Positions 1 through 8,500 of a stretch of 22,409 nucleotides of DNA are shown here, piece by piece. The notes under the pieces are model-generated. The model had not been told where the DNA came from, ran no database searches, and saw nothing but the letters and a program-made list of their open reading frames with translations. The stretch is from a virus (taxonomy: Duplodnaviria; Heunggongvirae; Uroviricota; Caudoviricetes), in IMG/VR virus record IMGVR_UViG_2534681674_000017; one strand, written 5' to 3'. Position numbers and translations under genes: made by a program. How positions within the stretch are numbered: the first letter of the stretch is position 1; the number at the start of each line of letters is the position of its first letter.

Positions 1-1020
1 CTACTTGCTAACCACGAGCGGCAAATCCAGTGTTGGTGTGATTTTTGTTTTACGATCGTAAATCAACACCTGATTTTCTGTTTTATGCCCGCTGAAAATT
101 TGTTTGTCGCGACTGCTGCCTTCGTAATCTGAGATCCCCTTGGCTTTTATGTCGTGAAAATTGCACCCGAACGGAACGCCAACTTTTTGCTCGGCTGCGC
201 GTTTAGCCTGATTCCACCAGTTATTCAGCGTTTTAGCTATGACTTTCCCGCCTTTGGTTGTATTGATCACATATTCGCATGTACAGGAAGATACATTTCG
301 GGCTAACTGGATCGCTGTACGTAATCGCGGTGACCATTCCTTGATTTGTTTGGTGCCGGTTTTGTTTTGCTCAATGTAGATCCCTTTATCCATAATATCC
401 TGCCATTTCAACTCAAGCACATCACCGAGTCTTGCCGCACAGAGATAGGAAATCTCCATTGCAATGCGTAACTGTGGAATTGCTTCCGCATATATCGCCG
501 CATACTGTTCATCGGTGATGTAAACAGTGCGGGCTTTAAGAGAGAATTTTCTGACTCCTTTGCATGGGTTATTCTTCACATACCCACGCTCATATCCCCA
601 CCCGTATACTCGACTCAGGCTTGCCAGTTCATGATTTGCCTGGGTCTTGCTCTCAAGCCCTCGTTTATCCATGAAAATTCTTACCTGCTCAGTTTTGACA
701 TTATCAGCAAGCACTTTTCCGAATACCATCAGCAACGCCTTCTGATGTTGTCGATAATCTTTTTGGGTTCGGGGGGCCAGTTCTGTAAATGCAGGGGAGT
801 CCATAAACATGTGCCACAATTTAGCTACGGTCATTATGTTGTGGAGTTTTGCTTTTTCCAGTTCATAATTTTGCCAGACTTTAGCTACGCTGGTTTTCCG
901 CACTCTTCCTAGCCCTATACTTCTTGTACTTCCTTCGGGTTTCCACACGTAACTGTAACCATTCGATCTAACCCGCGGTGGCAGTACATTATCTTTTTTA
1001 TTTTTTCTTGGTCTTCCCAT
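1..1020 (-). CDS. int: Phage integrase, tyrosine recombinase (lambdoid Int-like)
   Basis: 339-aa ORF with stop at window positions 1-3. Basic N-terminus (MGRPRKNKK...) and a C-terminal region with H/R/K/Y residues typical of tyrosine recombinases (...FHDIKAKG...SGHKTENQVLIYDR). Terminal gene of the leftward operon, followed upstream by a small xis-like ORF. Confidence 0.88.
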   Translation of the reverse strand: MGRPRKNKKDNVLPPRVRSNGYSYVWKPEGSTRSIGLGRVRKTSVAKVWQNYELEKAKLHNIMTVAKLWHMFMDSPAFTELAPRTQKDYRQHQKALLMVFGKVLADNVKTEQVRIFMDKRGLESKTQANHELASLSRVYGWGYERGYVKNNPCKGVRKFSLKARTVYITDEQYAAIYAEAIPQLRIAMEISYLCAARLGDVLELKWQDIMDKGIYIEQNKTGTKQIKEWSPRLRTAIQLARNVSSCTCEYVINTTKGGKVIAKTLNNWWNQAKRAAEQKVGVPFGCNFHDIKAKGISDYEGSSRDKQIFSGHKTENQVLIYDRKTKITPTLDLPLVVSK

Positions 1021-1240
1021 TGTTCAGCGCCTCAAAATCGGGTTCAGCAGAAACCAGTTCAGATGTTTTTGGCATCGTTGTCAGACCGTGTGGAATATCC
1101 CTGCGGAGAACTATGGGTTCGTTTTTAGGGCCGATTACAAATGGGATGCCGTGCAGTCTTAACTGGTGTTGCTGTTTTGTGTATCGCTCGTATTTCGTGA
1201 TCTCTTTAATCTCTGCTGGAGATAGAGTTAATTCGTACAT
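998..1240 (-). CDS. xis: Putative excisionase / small DNA-binding protein (start chosen at internal ATG of the 126-aa ORF)
   Basis: Small ORF (81 aa from ATG at 1240: MYELTLSPAEIKEITKYERY...) immediately upstream of int and overlapping it by 23 nt, the classic xis-int arrangement. Assignment is by position and size only. Confidence 0.4.
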   Translation of the reverse strand: MYELTLSPAEIKEITKYERYTKQQHQLRLHGIPFVIGPKNEPIVLRRDIPHGLTTMPKTSELVSAEPDFEALNNGKTKKK

Positions 1241-1307
1241 GTGGTCACGTGCCTTTACAGCATGACCGCCGCCACTATAGCTGGTGGGCGGCGATATGGG
1301 TTGAACA

Positions 1308-2694
1308 TTAAAAATCAGCCTGACTCGGGAGCATTTTTTGCCAGATGGCTGAAACGTATTTCGCCTGGTAACGTGCATCGTTCAGAGCGTTATGGCGTTC
1401 ACCTTCGAATGGAATAGTCGTTCTTGCGTCGAAATCCATCACCAGTCCCAGAGCAACCATCGTTCTTACATCGCGATCATTGGTGTAACGACATGGGCAG
1501 GGGATCCCCTGCCGTTCATATGAACGGCGTAAAATCACGTTGTCGAAAGTTGCACCGTTACCCCAGACCTGAACAAAAAATTCACCGGAGTTTTCGTCGA
1601 TAAATTCCCGTAATTGCAGCAGTGCATCATCTAACGGGATTTCATCGGTAAGAATGGCGGATTGCGCTTCGCGTGACTGTTTCAGCCACCACTTAATGGT
1701 GTCCCGATCAATGACTCCGCCAGCAGTTTCCAGATCGATAGTTTTGCTGAATTCTGGCCCCATCTCTCCGGTTTGCGGATCGAAAAATATTGCACCTATT
1801 GAGATAATCGGGGCATCAGGATTTTTTCCCATTGTTTCAAGGTCAATCATCAGATGGTGCCACAACCTGCTGGTGGATGTAATTTCACGATGACCGTTCA
1901 CCTTAATTAAGGGATTTGCTGTCTCGCCACTTTCATTATCTGTGGTGTGGTAGTGATCGCCGCCACTGCCTTCCATTTCCTCCTGAGCTTCAGCCTGATT
2001 TTCTTCATCGAATGTTTCCTGGCAGGTTGCGTCGCCCATCACCGCGCCACAATCAGGGCAGTTGCCGCCACCACTCTGACCGCAGGCGGTACAGACTTTT
2101 TCCTCTTCCTGTTGCGCTACTGGTTCGGATTGTTTCGTTTCTGGCTCGTCTTGTAACGCATTTGGGCTGTTTTGTTCCGCTTTTTGGTCGTTCTGTTCCG
2201 TTTCTGACTGGTTCTGGTTCACAGAATCGCAGGTTTCAATCCCCTTCACCCATTTCGGATCATTCGGATCGCTAATCCCTTCAACAAATTCACCACGTGA
2301 TGCAGCAAGCAATTTATCGGCGTCAGGCTGGCTGATATTGGCTGCCTGCATAATTTTGTTTACTTCGTCAGCGGTAACTTTTACCGGCTCCGGTTGTACG
2401 GAATCTTCAGCGGTATCCACATTTTGCGGTAAGTCCGTGTATGTTCCGTTTTTGCGGGCAAGATATTCTTCTTTCGTGATTTCAGCAGCCCCGGCAGCCA
2501 GCGCCTTGTCCAGACCAGAAAGTTTGTTTGCGCGACCGTATTTTTCGCCATCCTTGTCGGTGAAGAGGAAGTAGAACGGCCCCTCACGCTCTACAGATGG
2601 TTCGACTTCCACTTTGCATTCGGTTTTTTCGTTGTCCGGAATTGCCGTTTCCACTGCATCAGTTTCTGGTACTGGCGACGAGAGAGTATCAGTT
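1308..2694 (-). pseudogene. C-terminal portion of a prophage exonuclease gene (DEDDh 3'-5' exonuclease domain) separated from its N-terminal portion by IS629
   Basis: ORF 1308..2771 has its first 25 codons inside the IS terminus; native coding sequence begins at 2694. C-terminal region carries Exo I (LMIDLETMG) and Exo III (HNALNDARY) DEDDh motifs. In silico removal of the IS plus one GTT copy joins it in frame to 4004..5055. Confidence 0.75.
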
Positions 2695-2736
2695 TGAACC
2701 GCCCCGGGTTTCCTGGAGAGTATTTTATCTGTGAAC

Positions 2737-3717
2737 TCAGGCTGCCAGATCATTATTTCCGATGGAAGCATAATAAGCTTTTTCTGCTTCTGCCGGAGGA
2801 ATATGGCCCAGCCTTTCCAGCAATCGTCGATTGTTATACCAGTCCACCCACGTTAGTGTGGCCAGTTCCACTTCTGTCCGGTTTTTCCAGCTATTACGGT
2901 GTATTACCTCCGCTTTGTAAAGACCATTGATGCTCTCAGCCATCGCGTTGTCATACGAGTCGCCAGTACTCCCTGTTGATGCCAGTAATCCGGCTTCCTT
3001 AAGCCGCTGCGTGTAGGCCAGCGATACATACTGAGAACCTTTATCACTGTGATGGATTGTGCCGGACGGCCGACGGGCCCACAACGCCTGCTCCAGTGCA
3101 TCCAGCACGAATGTCGTTTCCATAGACGATGAGACTCGCCACCCCACGATACATCCGGCAAACACATCAATGATGAACGCCACATAGACGAAGCCCTGCC
3201 ATGTGCTGACGTAAGTAAAATCAGCCACCCACAGCTGGTCAGGACGTTCTGCCACGAACTGACGGTTTACGCGGTCGCCTGCGGAAACGGCTTTCCGGCT
3301 GACGGTAGTACGGACCTTTTTACCCCGGAGAACACCGGCAAGTCCCATAACCGCCATGAGGCGCGCCACTGTACATCTGGCCACCCTGATACCTTCGCGT
3401 AACAACTGGCGCCAGACTTTACGCACACCGTACACCTGATGATTTTCATCGTATACGCGCTGTATCTCTCTCTTCAGCCAGTCATCGTGCTGCGCACGGG
3501 CACTGCGTTTATCCGGATGATGTCGCTGTTGCTGACAATGGTAATACGTTGACGGGGCAATATGCAGTTCGCTGCATACCGGTCCGACCCCGTACTGCTC
3601 ACGCAGCTTATCCAGCAGCGGCATTATTTTTCCAGAGGCGGTCGAACTCCGCCTTCGCAAAATAAGCGGAAGCCTGGCGAAGGATATCGTTACTGCGGCG
3701 CAGTTCACGATTTTCAC
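2737..3717 (-). CDS. IS629-like transposase OrfB (DDE integrase-type catalytic domain); expected to be made as an OrfAB fusion by -1 frameshifting
   Basis: ORF overlapping the 3' end of orfA in a different frame; contains the conserved IS3-family core (...[26 protein letters not shown]...[10 protein letters not shown]...[18 protein letters not shown]...). Confidence 0.85.
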   Translation of the reverse strand: MKIVNCAAVTISFARLPLILRRRSSTASGKIMPLLDKLREQYGVGPVCSELHIAPSTYYHCQQQRHHPDKRSARAQHDDWLKREIQRVYDENHQVYGVRKVWRQLLREGIRVARCTVARLMAVMGLAGVLRGKKVRTTVSRKAVSAGDRVNRQFVAERPDQLWVADFTYVSTWQGFVYVAFIIDVFAGCIVGWRVSSSMETTFVLDALEQALWARRPSGTIHHSDKGSQYVSLAYTQRLKEAGLLASTGSTGDSYDNAMAESINGLYKAEVIHRNSWKNRTEVELATLTWVDWYNNRRLLERLGHIPPAEAEKAYYASIGNNDLAA

Positions 3718-3949
3718 GTTCCAGCTCTTTCAGACGCTGACGTTCAGCGGTGGTGAGTCCACCATCACCACTCCCGGTATCCCGCTCATGCTGACGAACC
3801 CACACACGCAGAGTCTCTGGTGTACAGCCAATCTTTGGGGCAATGGAACAAATTGCCGCCCATTGTGAGTCATATTCGCCCTGACTTTCCAGAACCATAC
3901 GAATCGCCCGCTGACGGACTTCGGGGGAAAAACGAGTATTTTTAGTCAT
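3608..3949 (-). CDS. IS629-like transposase OrfA (HTH, leucine-zipper region)
   Basis: ATG at 3949; 113-aa [62 protein letters not shown]... with heptad-like ...[21 protein letters not shown].... Confidence 0.85.
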   Translation of the reverse strand: MTKNTRFSPEVRQRAIRMVLESQGEYDSQWAAICSIAPKIGCTPETLRVWVRQHERDTGSGDGGLTTAERQRLKELERENRELRRSNDILRQASAYFAKAEFDRLWKNNAAAG

Positions 3950-4003
3950 CCTGTTTACCTCTTTCTCAGGGAGTTTAGTCTCCAGGATTTCCGGGGCGGT
4001 TCA

Positions 4004-5055
4004 GTTGCGCTCTGATTTCTTCCTTCATCTTCAAACACGCCCTTTGTAGTCAGGTATTCAGTAATGTATTTGTTCAGTGCCACAGGGTCTTTGTGAATGT
4101 CGATCGGACGTTCACGGACAAGGCCAAAAATAGTCTGGCGGCTGTAGCGAAGCGCATCAGGTTGTTTGCGCATTGATGCGGAGATGCGCTTCCAGTCTTC
4201 GCGATCTCTGGCGATAACTTCATTTTTAGCCCAGCGAAGGATGCTGCCGTCAATGTTTCCGGCATCCGCATCACCAGGCCAGAGATAGTAGGCCAGCTCC
4301 CTGTCCAGGGTTTTCCATGTCTGCTTGTATTCGCGATGAATGGCGGCAGTTACAGGAGGGATTTTTTCTGCTGGGTTTTCAGTGTGCTGTCGGTTGGCTT
4401 TGGCGCGGGCAAGATCAACAACAGACGTGTATTTTCCAGTCTCTTTGCGCTCTGCGTCCTGCCGTTTTTTCCAGTTACGTAATTCAGCCTGAATTTCGGG
4501 CCATTTGGTACCCGGCTTACATTTGTGTTTAACCCATCCGATAGCGAACAGTTTGCGTTCCGGATACATAGCGTTAATTTCAGGCGTTTTCATCAGTGCT
4601 TCAACGATATGCCCGTCAAAGGTAGCCACGTCTTCTTGCAGTAATTCCTGCGCGTCAATCGCCATATCAACGGTGATGTTTTCACATGTACCGAACTTAA
4701 CCAGGACCGCGTTCTGTACTTCAAGGGACAGCTTGTCAAAATTGACGTTAATAGGATCGGATTCTGGTTCGACCGGAATAAAGGAAGCGGATTCCTCATC
4801 CCAGCGGTTTTCCTGCATATATTCGGTATCCCAGGAGTCGATAGCAGGGCGGGGCATGCCGGGTTTATCTTCGCAGACAAGAAATTTATAAGCGCAGTCC
4901 TGAGCAGCAGGATATTGCTCCAGGAATTGCCAGGTAAATTTGGCACGGGCGCGGCGTTCATCACCGGCTTCAATGGCAGTGGCTACAGCAACTGCGCCCT
5001 CTTCTTTTATTGCCTGTTCGTCCGGAATGGCGGCGCAAATAAAGACTTTACTCAT
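4004..5055 (-). pseudogene. N-terminal portion of the IS629-interrupted prophage exonuclease gene
   Basis: ORF 3955..5055 starts at ATG 5055 (GAGG about 10 nt upstream) and reads 350 native codons before entering the IS at 4003; the last 16 codons are IS-derived. Frame is continuous with 2694..1308 once the IS and one TSD copy are removed. Confidence 0.7.
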
Positions 5056-5148
5056 TTTGTTTTAACCTCATTACAGATTTAAGGGTGAACAAATCCCTGC
5101 CATTGCTGGCATATAAAAATGAAACCGGATATTAATTACGGTGCTGTT

Positions 5149-5340
5149 TTAAAGTCCTGCCGGTATTTCGTTATTATTAGTGTGAGTAGTTTTATCTACC
5201 GGATAACAGTTACCGGGAATTTTTTGTTCTGCTGCTGCAGCCATGCATTCTTTCATTGAACCGTATAAGCCAGTCACCAGCTCAAGAGATTCGCCGGAAA
5301 CAAGATAAACTGTCAGAACGAGTGCAAATGTTGTATTCAT
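5149..5340 (-). CDS. ydfD: YdfD-like small protein (63 aa, hydrophobic N-terminal segment), Qin-type
   Basis: 63-aa ORF whose ATG overlaps the dicB-like stop (ATGA overlap at 5337-5340); N-terminal hydrophobic stretch MNTTFALVLTVYLVSG. Same position and size as ydfD downstream of dicB in the Qin prophage. Confidence 0.55.
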   Translation of the reverse strand: MNTTFALVLTVYLVSGESLELVTGLYGSMKECMAAAAEQKIPGNCYPVDKTTHTNNNEIPAGL

Positions 5341-5525
5341 TGTTTATATCCTTTTTGCAGCAGGTCCAGACGAGCCAGCATTGAAGGAATGCATACTTCA
5401 TTTAACAGGTCCTGCTCGAGTTTTCTCTGCTTAATGGCGTCTTCAATAAATGTTTTGTCTCCAGTGATAACGCCAATTTCGAAACGAAGTTCAGACGTGC
5501 TGGCATTACATGATAACTTTTCCAT
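5337..5525 (-). CDS. dicB: Cell-division inhibitor DicB-like (Kil-type) protein, 62 aa
   Basis: From internal ATG at 5525: MEKLSCNASTSELRFEIGVITGDKTFIEDAIKQRKLEQDLLNEVCIPSMLARLDLLQKGYKQ, which aligns along its length with E. coli DicB as I recall it (...EGCFEIGVTISNPVFTEDAINKRKQERELLNKICIVSMLARLRLMPKGCAQ). Lies directly downstream of a DicF-like sequence. Confidence 0.8.
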   Translation of the reverse strand: MEKLSCNASTSELRFEIGVITGDKTFIEDAIKQRKLEQDLLNEVCIPSMLARLDLLQKGYKQ

Positions 5526-5695
5526 TATCGCGTCCTCAACAATGAATTTTGTGATGCGGTGCCTAGTGCCTCCAGGTGACGTTAACCAGTTAACAATTAA
5601 CGCCGGATACAGAGAATCCACCCATAACACTGTTTTTGGTTTTAACTGTTCCGCGTGCGCTGAGCCGCATTCACCGCATCACAAAATTCACTTTT

Positions 5696-5754
5696 AAAAA
5701 AGGGCGGCAGAGCAGTCACGGAGTAAAACTGATACCGCCAAATGTCACCAGAAT
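5696..5754 (-). ncRNA. dicF: DicF-like small regulatory RNA with intrinsic terminator
   Basis: Reverse complement of 5702..5753 reads TTCTGGTGACATTTGGCGGTATCAGTTTTACTCCGTGACTGCTCTGCCGCCC, matching the E. coli DicF sequence as I recall it at all but about two positions, followed on the minus strand by a U-tract (plus-strand A-run 5695-5701). Sits about 170 nt upstream of the dicB homolog as in Qin. Confidence 0.7.
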
Positions 5755-6228
5755 ATTGATAACAGAGGGCGTTGTAGCGGGGTTGTCACTTAAGCGTATG
5801 GTCAACCTGACAACCCGGTGTCCTCAACTGGGGAAGGAATAACCCCGCCATACTTACCGCCGCGCCATTTCGCGGATTGCCACAACCGGAAGCGCACGTT
5901 CGAAGAAATCTAACGACAAGCCTTCTAAGGGAAAGAGCTTCGCCGTACGCTTTCGCGTTGTGTGCCTGCTTTTAACCACGTCAGGCGAGGTGGTTTCCGT
6001 CGTTCCCCAACGACAGGAAATCTGTATAATCTGGATATCCCCAACAACAGGAAGGTGTTTTATATGGTGGTTCAAAAGAATTGTTCAGGTACTGGTAAGC
6101 CTGCGGACAGGTCGGACATTCCGAATACCAGGAAACATATACCTGAGAAAAACATTCGACCAAAACCATCTCCAGCTCCTTCAGAGGAGAGGGGGAACAG
6201 CAACAATCAAACAAGCAGGTGATGATAT

Positions 6229-6675
6229 ATGGACCGGGATGATATTCTTGACAGGGTTTTATATGGTTATTTTCTTGAACAACTATTCTCTGTAGCGACT
6301 GGTCGTCTCGATAAACTTCTCTCAGTGGTGAGTATTATCCTCGGTTCATCTGTCATTGGTGGATTTATTCCTGAAGTTTCTGGAGTTCTCATTGTTGTGA
6401 TAGCAACCGTTCAAACGATTTACGGATTCGGACAAAAGTCAGGTAACGCAATGAGAAAATCCGCAGAATATCTGCAGCTTTATGATGATGCAGAAAAATA
6501 TTCCGATTCGGAATTGAAAATGCAGTTAAAGCTCCTGGAAAAAACAGATGATAATATTTGGTCGTCGCTTAAAGATATCGCAATCTTAAAAACCCAGATC
6601 AAAATAGGAATCTCCGTAGAACAACAAGAGAAACTGTCTGCAAAATCCAAATTGATGCGATTCCTTTGTGGTTAG
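6229..6675 (+). CDS. Putative superinfection-exclusion membrane protein (SieB-like architecture)
   Basis: 148-aa ORF with SD-like AGGTGA upstream; two predicted hydrophobic helices (LLSVVSIILGSSVIGGFIPEVSGVLIVVIATV) then a charged C-terminal region. Position between the kil-type gene and the immunity region matches sieB in Rac/lambda. Architecture-based call only. Confidence 0.45.
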   Translation: MDRDDILDRVLYGYFLEQLFSVATGRLDKLLSVVSIILGSSVIGGFIPEVSGVLIVVIATVQTIYGFGQKSGNAMRKSAEYLQLYDDAEKYSDSELKMQLKLLEKTDDNIWSSLKDIAILKTQIKIGISVEQQEKLSAKSKLMRFLCG

Positions 6676-6790
6676 GAATACCCAGATTGTTAAAGAGCAT
6701 GCCGGATGCTTACCCGTGTCCGGCGAACGTATTCCACTTCGCCTGTGGAGAACTCTTTAATTACTAACCTTCATCAGTCAGAGTTTCTTG

Positions 6791-6925
6791 CTAACCAGCG
6801 ACGCGCGCCAGCTTCCGTTTTAAACGTTTTGCTTCTGGTAACGTCATCGCGGTGAACGTGCCGTCCAGGTTGGGGAATACTCCGCATACCAGAGATTCGT
6901 TGTTGCCAAGATTGAGCATATCCAT
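6791..6925 (-). CDS. Small hypothetical protein (44 aa)
   Basis: ATG at 6925 preceded by GAGG 5 nt upstream; MDMLNLGNNESLVCGVFPNLDGTFTAMTLPEAKRLKRKLARVAG; stop TAG at 6791-6793. Not in the ORF track (below its size cutoff). Comparable in size and position to the small ydaF/ydaG genes of Rac, but not recognised by sequence. Confidence 0.3.
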   Translation of the reverse strand: MDMLNLGNNESLVCGVFPNLDGTFTAMTLPEAKRLKRKLARVAG

Positions 6926-7150
6926 GTTGACCTCATTTACCCTTAACGCCGGGTCGCGGAACTAAAAACCTGCTGCGCTGTTATACAAAGTGTTCCCGCC
7001 GTCATGTTCTTACGCCTCGGGCTGGCTACTTAACCCCTGACCACTGCCTGGTAACTCTAGGTATTGCCCTGCGTTCTGTGGGGCGGAGTGGGTTGGTAAA
7101 ATCAGTTTATACAAAAATAAACTAAACAGTCAATATTTAACTTAACTCTT

Positions 7151-7178
7151 TGGCAAGAATAACCCCTCTTGAGAGGGG
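7151..7178 (-). terminator. Putative intrinsic terminator after the parE-like gene
   Basis: Hairpin CCCCTC-TTGA-GAGGGG (7163-7178) followed on the minus strand by a U-rich tract (plus 7151-7162 TGGCAAGAATAA), 10 nt beyond the stop of the 7189..7476 ORF. Confidence 0.45.
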
Positions 7179-7188
7179 CTTAGGGGGA

Positions 7189-7476
7189 TTAAGGTGTTAC
7201 AGGGAACTGTCGGCGGGCGTGAACTACGTTAACAATTTCAATGCCTGAAATTGTCACGCGGTACAGAATGATGTAATTGGGGTGAGCTACAATTTCACGC
7301 AAACCAGGCACTCTGTCGCTTGGCGGGTATAAATACGGATGTTCAGATAATGGCAGGACGCAAGTCCTTAAGCGTTTCCACAAACGTTCTGCCGCATCTA
7401 TGTCAAAACGTGCAATATAGCTGGTTATATTATCTAGGTCGGCATCTGCGCTTTCGAGCCATAAAACCGGTAACAT
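7189..7476 (-). CDS. parE2: ParE/RelE-superfamily toxin (ParE2-like)
   Basis: 95-aa ORF with a ParE/RelE-type C-terminal region (...LREIVAHPNYIILYRVTISGIEIVNVVHARRQ); its start abuts the stop of the upstream 63-aa antitoxin ORF (7477). I cannot distinguish paralog 1 from 2. Confidence 0.7.
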   Translation of the reverse strand: MLPVLWLESADADLDNITSYIARFDIDAAERLWKRLRTCVLPLSEHPYLYPPSDRVPGLREIVAHPNYIILYRVTISGIEIVNVVHARRQFPVTP

Positions 7477-7668
7477 TTACTGTTTGCTCCGTTCCTTGCG
7501 CATGTTAGCAAAGCGTTCAGCCATTCTGCGTTCAACTTCGTCATGGGGAATGGCTGGACGTGGATCAGCAAGGCTTGCGGCCACTTTTGCACGCAGCCAT
7601 TCGTTATAACTATTTTCTTGCTCGACGGTTTCAAATTCAGAAACCATTGGTGAAAGGGCCGTGTTCAT
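7477..7668 (-). CDS. paaA2: Antitoxin PaaA2-like (63 aa)
   Basis: 63-aa ORF MNTALSPMVSEFETVEQENSYNEWLRAKVAASLADPRPAIPHDEVERRMAERFANMRKERSKQ immediately upstream of and abutting the ParE-like toxin gene; size and sequence match my recollection of PaaA2 from the E. coli O157:H7 paaR2-paaA2-parE2 module. Confidence 0.65.
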   Translation of the reverse strand: MNTALSPMVSEFETVEQENSYNEWLRAKVAASLADPRPAIPHDEVERRMAERFANMRKERSKQ

Positions 7669-8098
7669 GGTGAACCTCGTCTTGTAAGTGCTGGTAATCC
7701 TGCCTAGGAACTTTTTGTTGTGCTGCTAGCCACTTTGCAACTATACGATCCATTGTCTCTTTTTTCTCTTTCATATCTTTAAGCATTTGCTGTTGCTCTT
7801 CCTCTGGAAATGCCTCAAATGTTTGAAGTAGTTCCTTTTGCGTAGGGGTTATTTTTAATATATCCTGTGCCCTGTCCTTATTTTCTTCATTTAATGGTAA
7901 GAAAAACCAATACTGAGGAAATCCAGTCACATCAGATAGTTTATCTAGGTTGGCTGCTGTAGGGCTTGAGATGCCACAAGCCCACCTTTGGACGGATTGT
8001 TGAGCAATACCAATTCTGCGCGCAAGTTCTGCTTGGCTCCAGCCTTTTGCCAATAGAAGCATCTTAATTCTAAGAGCACTAATTTCGAGTACGCCCAT
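7637..8098 (-). CDS. paaR2: HTH (XRE-family) transcriptional regulator, PaaR2-like third component of the TA operon
   Basis: 153-aa ORF with N-terminal XRE-type helix-turn-helix (LRIKMLLLAKGWSQAELARRIGIAQQSVQRWA) and a C-terminal segment (TPTQKELLQTFEAFPEEEQQQMLKDMKEKKETMDRIVAKWLAAQQ) paralogous to the C-terminus of the adjacent repressor; 3' end overlaps the antitoxin start. Confidence 0.6.
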   Translation of the reverse strand: MGVLEISALRIKMLLLAKGWSQAELARRIGIAQQSVQRWACGISSPTAANLDKLSDVTGFPQYWFFLPLNEENKDRAQDILKITPTQKELLQTFEAFPEEEQQQMLKDMKEKKETMDRIVAKWLAAQQKVPRQDYQHLQDEVHHEHGPFTNGF

Positions 8099-8128
8099 CT
8101 GATATCTCTTGTTTTAGTAAGTATCCCG

Positions 8129-8500
8129 TCAGGCTCGGCGACCCTGCCGCGCCAACCAACGTGCAACAAGATCTTCCATTGCCTCTTTTTTGTTTCTTAG
8201 CTCTTTTATGATTTCCTGCTGCTCAGCGTCAGGAAAAGCACTAAATATTTGCAACAATTCCAATTGGTTAGGCGTTAATGCCATAGTTCTTGATGACGGA
8301 GATTCTGTTGTATCTTCAGGTTCCATATCAAGATACCCCCCAGGCATCCCATATGTTTGCTCAATACGTCTAGCTGCCTTTTCGCCAAACGTAGCTTTAC
8401 CGCTCATTAACTGAGATAAGTAACTTTTCTCTTTAGGCGGCAAAGTCCTGTCTTTGAACCACTCTTTGAGGCGTAAACGCCGAATCTCTTTTGTTTCCAT
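8129..8500 (-). CDS. Prophage cI-like repressor (HTH; no S24 peptidase domain)
   Basis: 123-aa ORF divergent from the cro-like gene at 8603; N-terminal phage-repressor-type HTH (LKEWFKDRTLPPKEKSYLSQLMSGKATFGEKAARRIEQTYGMPGGYL) and C-terminal segment TPNQLELLQIFSAFPDAEQQEIIKELRNKKEAMEDLVARWLARQ. Confidence 0.6.
   Translation of the reverse strand: METKEIRRLRLKEWFKDRTLPPKEKSYLSQLMSGKATFGEKAARRIEQTYGMPGGYLDMEPEDTTESPSSRTMALTPNQLELLQIFSAFPDAEQQEIIKELRNKKEAMEDLVARWLARQGRRA

Larger units (their letters stand above)
2695..4003 (-). mobile_element. IS3-family insertion sequence, IS629-like (copy 1, apparently intact), 1309 bp
   Basis: Terminal inverted repeats TGAACCGCCCCGG at 2695.. and (reverse complement) ending at 4003; orfA plus overlapping orfB with rve/DDE-type transposase sequence; flanked by 3-bp direct repeat GTT (2692-2694 and 4004-4006). 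OrfA sequence [15 protein letters not shown]... matches my memory of IS629. Confidence 0.85.

Noticed and set aside
631-1265. Plus-strand ORFs 631..912 and 978..1265 within the int/xis region
   Set aside because: Antisense to the integrase and xis-like genes; Cys/Phe-rich low-quality frames with no SD.
1654-2587. Several short ORFs on both strands inside the exonuclease C-terminal fragment (for example 1916..2275, 2338..2574, 2381..2587)
   Set aside because: Fully contained within a longer ORF with recognisable exonuclease motifs; Arg/Pro/Ser-rich shadow frames.
1308-2771. 487-aa ORF and 366-aa ORF (3955..5055) read as two intact genes
   Set aside because: The first 25 codons of one and last 16 codons of the other are encoded by the IS629 termini; they are artefactual fusions created by the insertion.
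5389-5842. Plus-strand ORFs 5389..5697 and 5636..5842 over the dicB/DicF locus
   Set aside because: Antisense to the dicB homolog and DicF sRNA, which have much stronger support.
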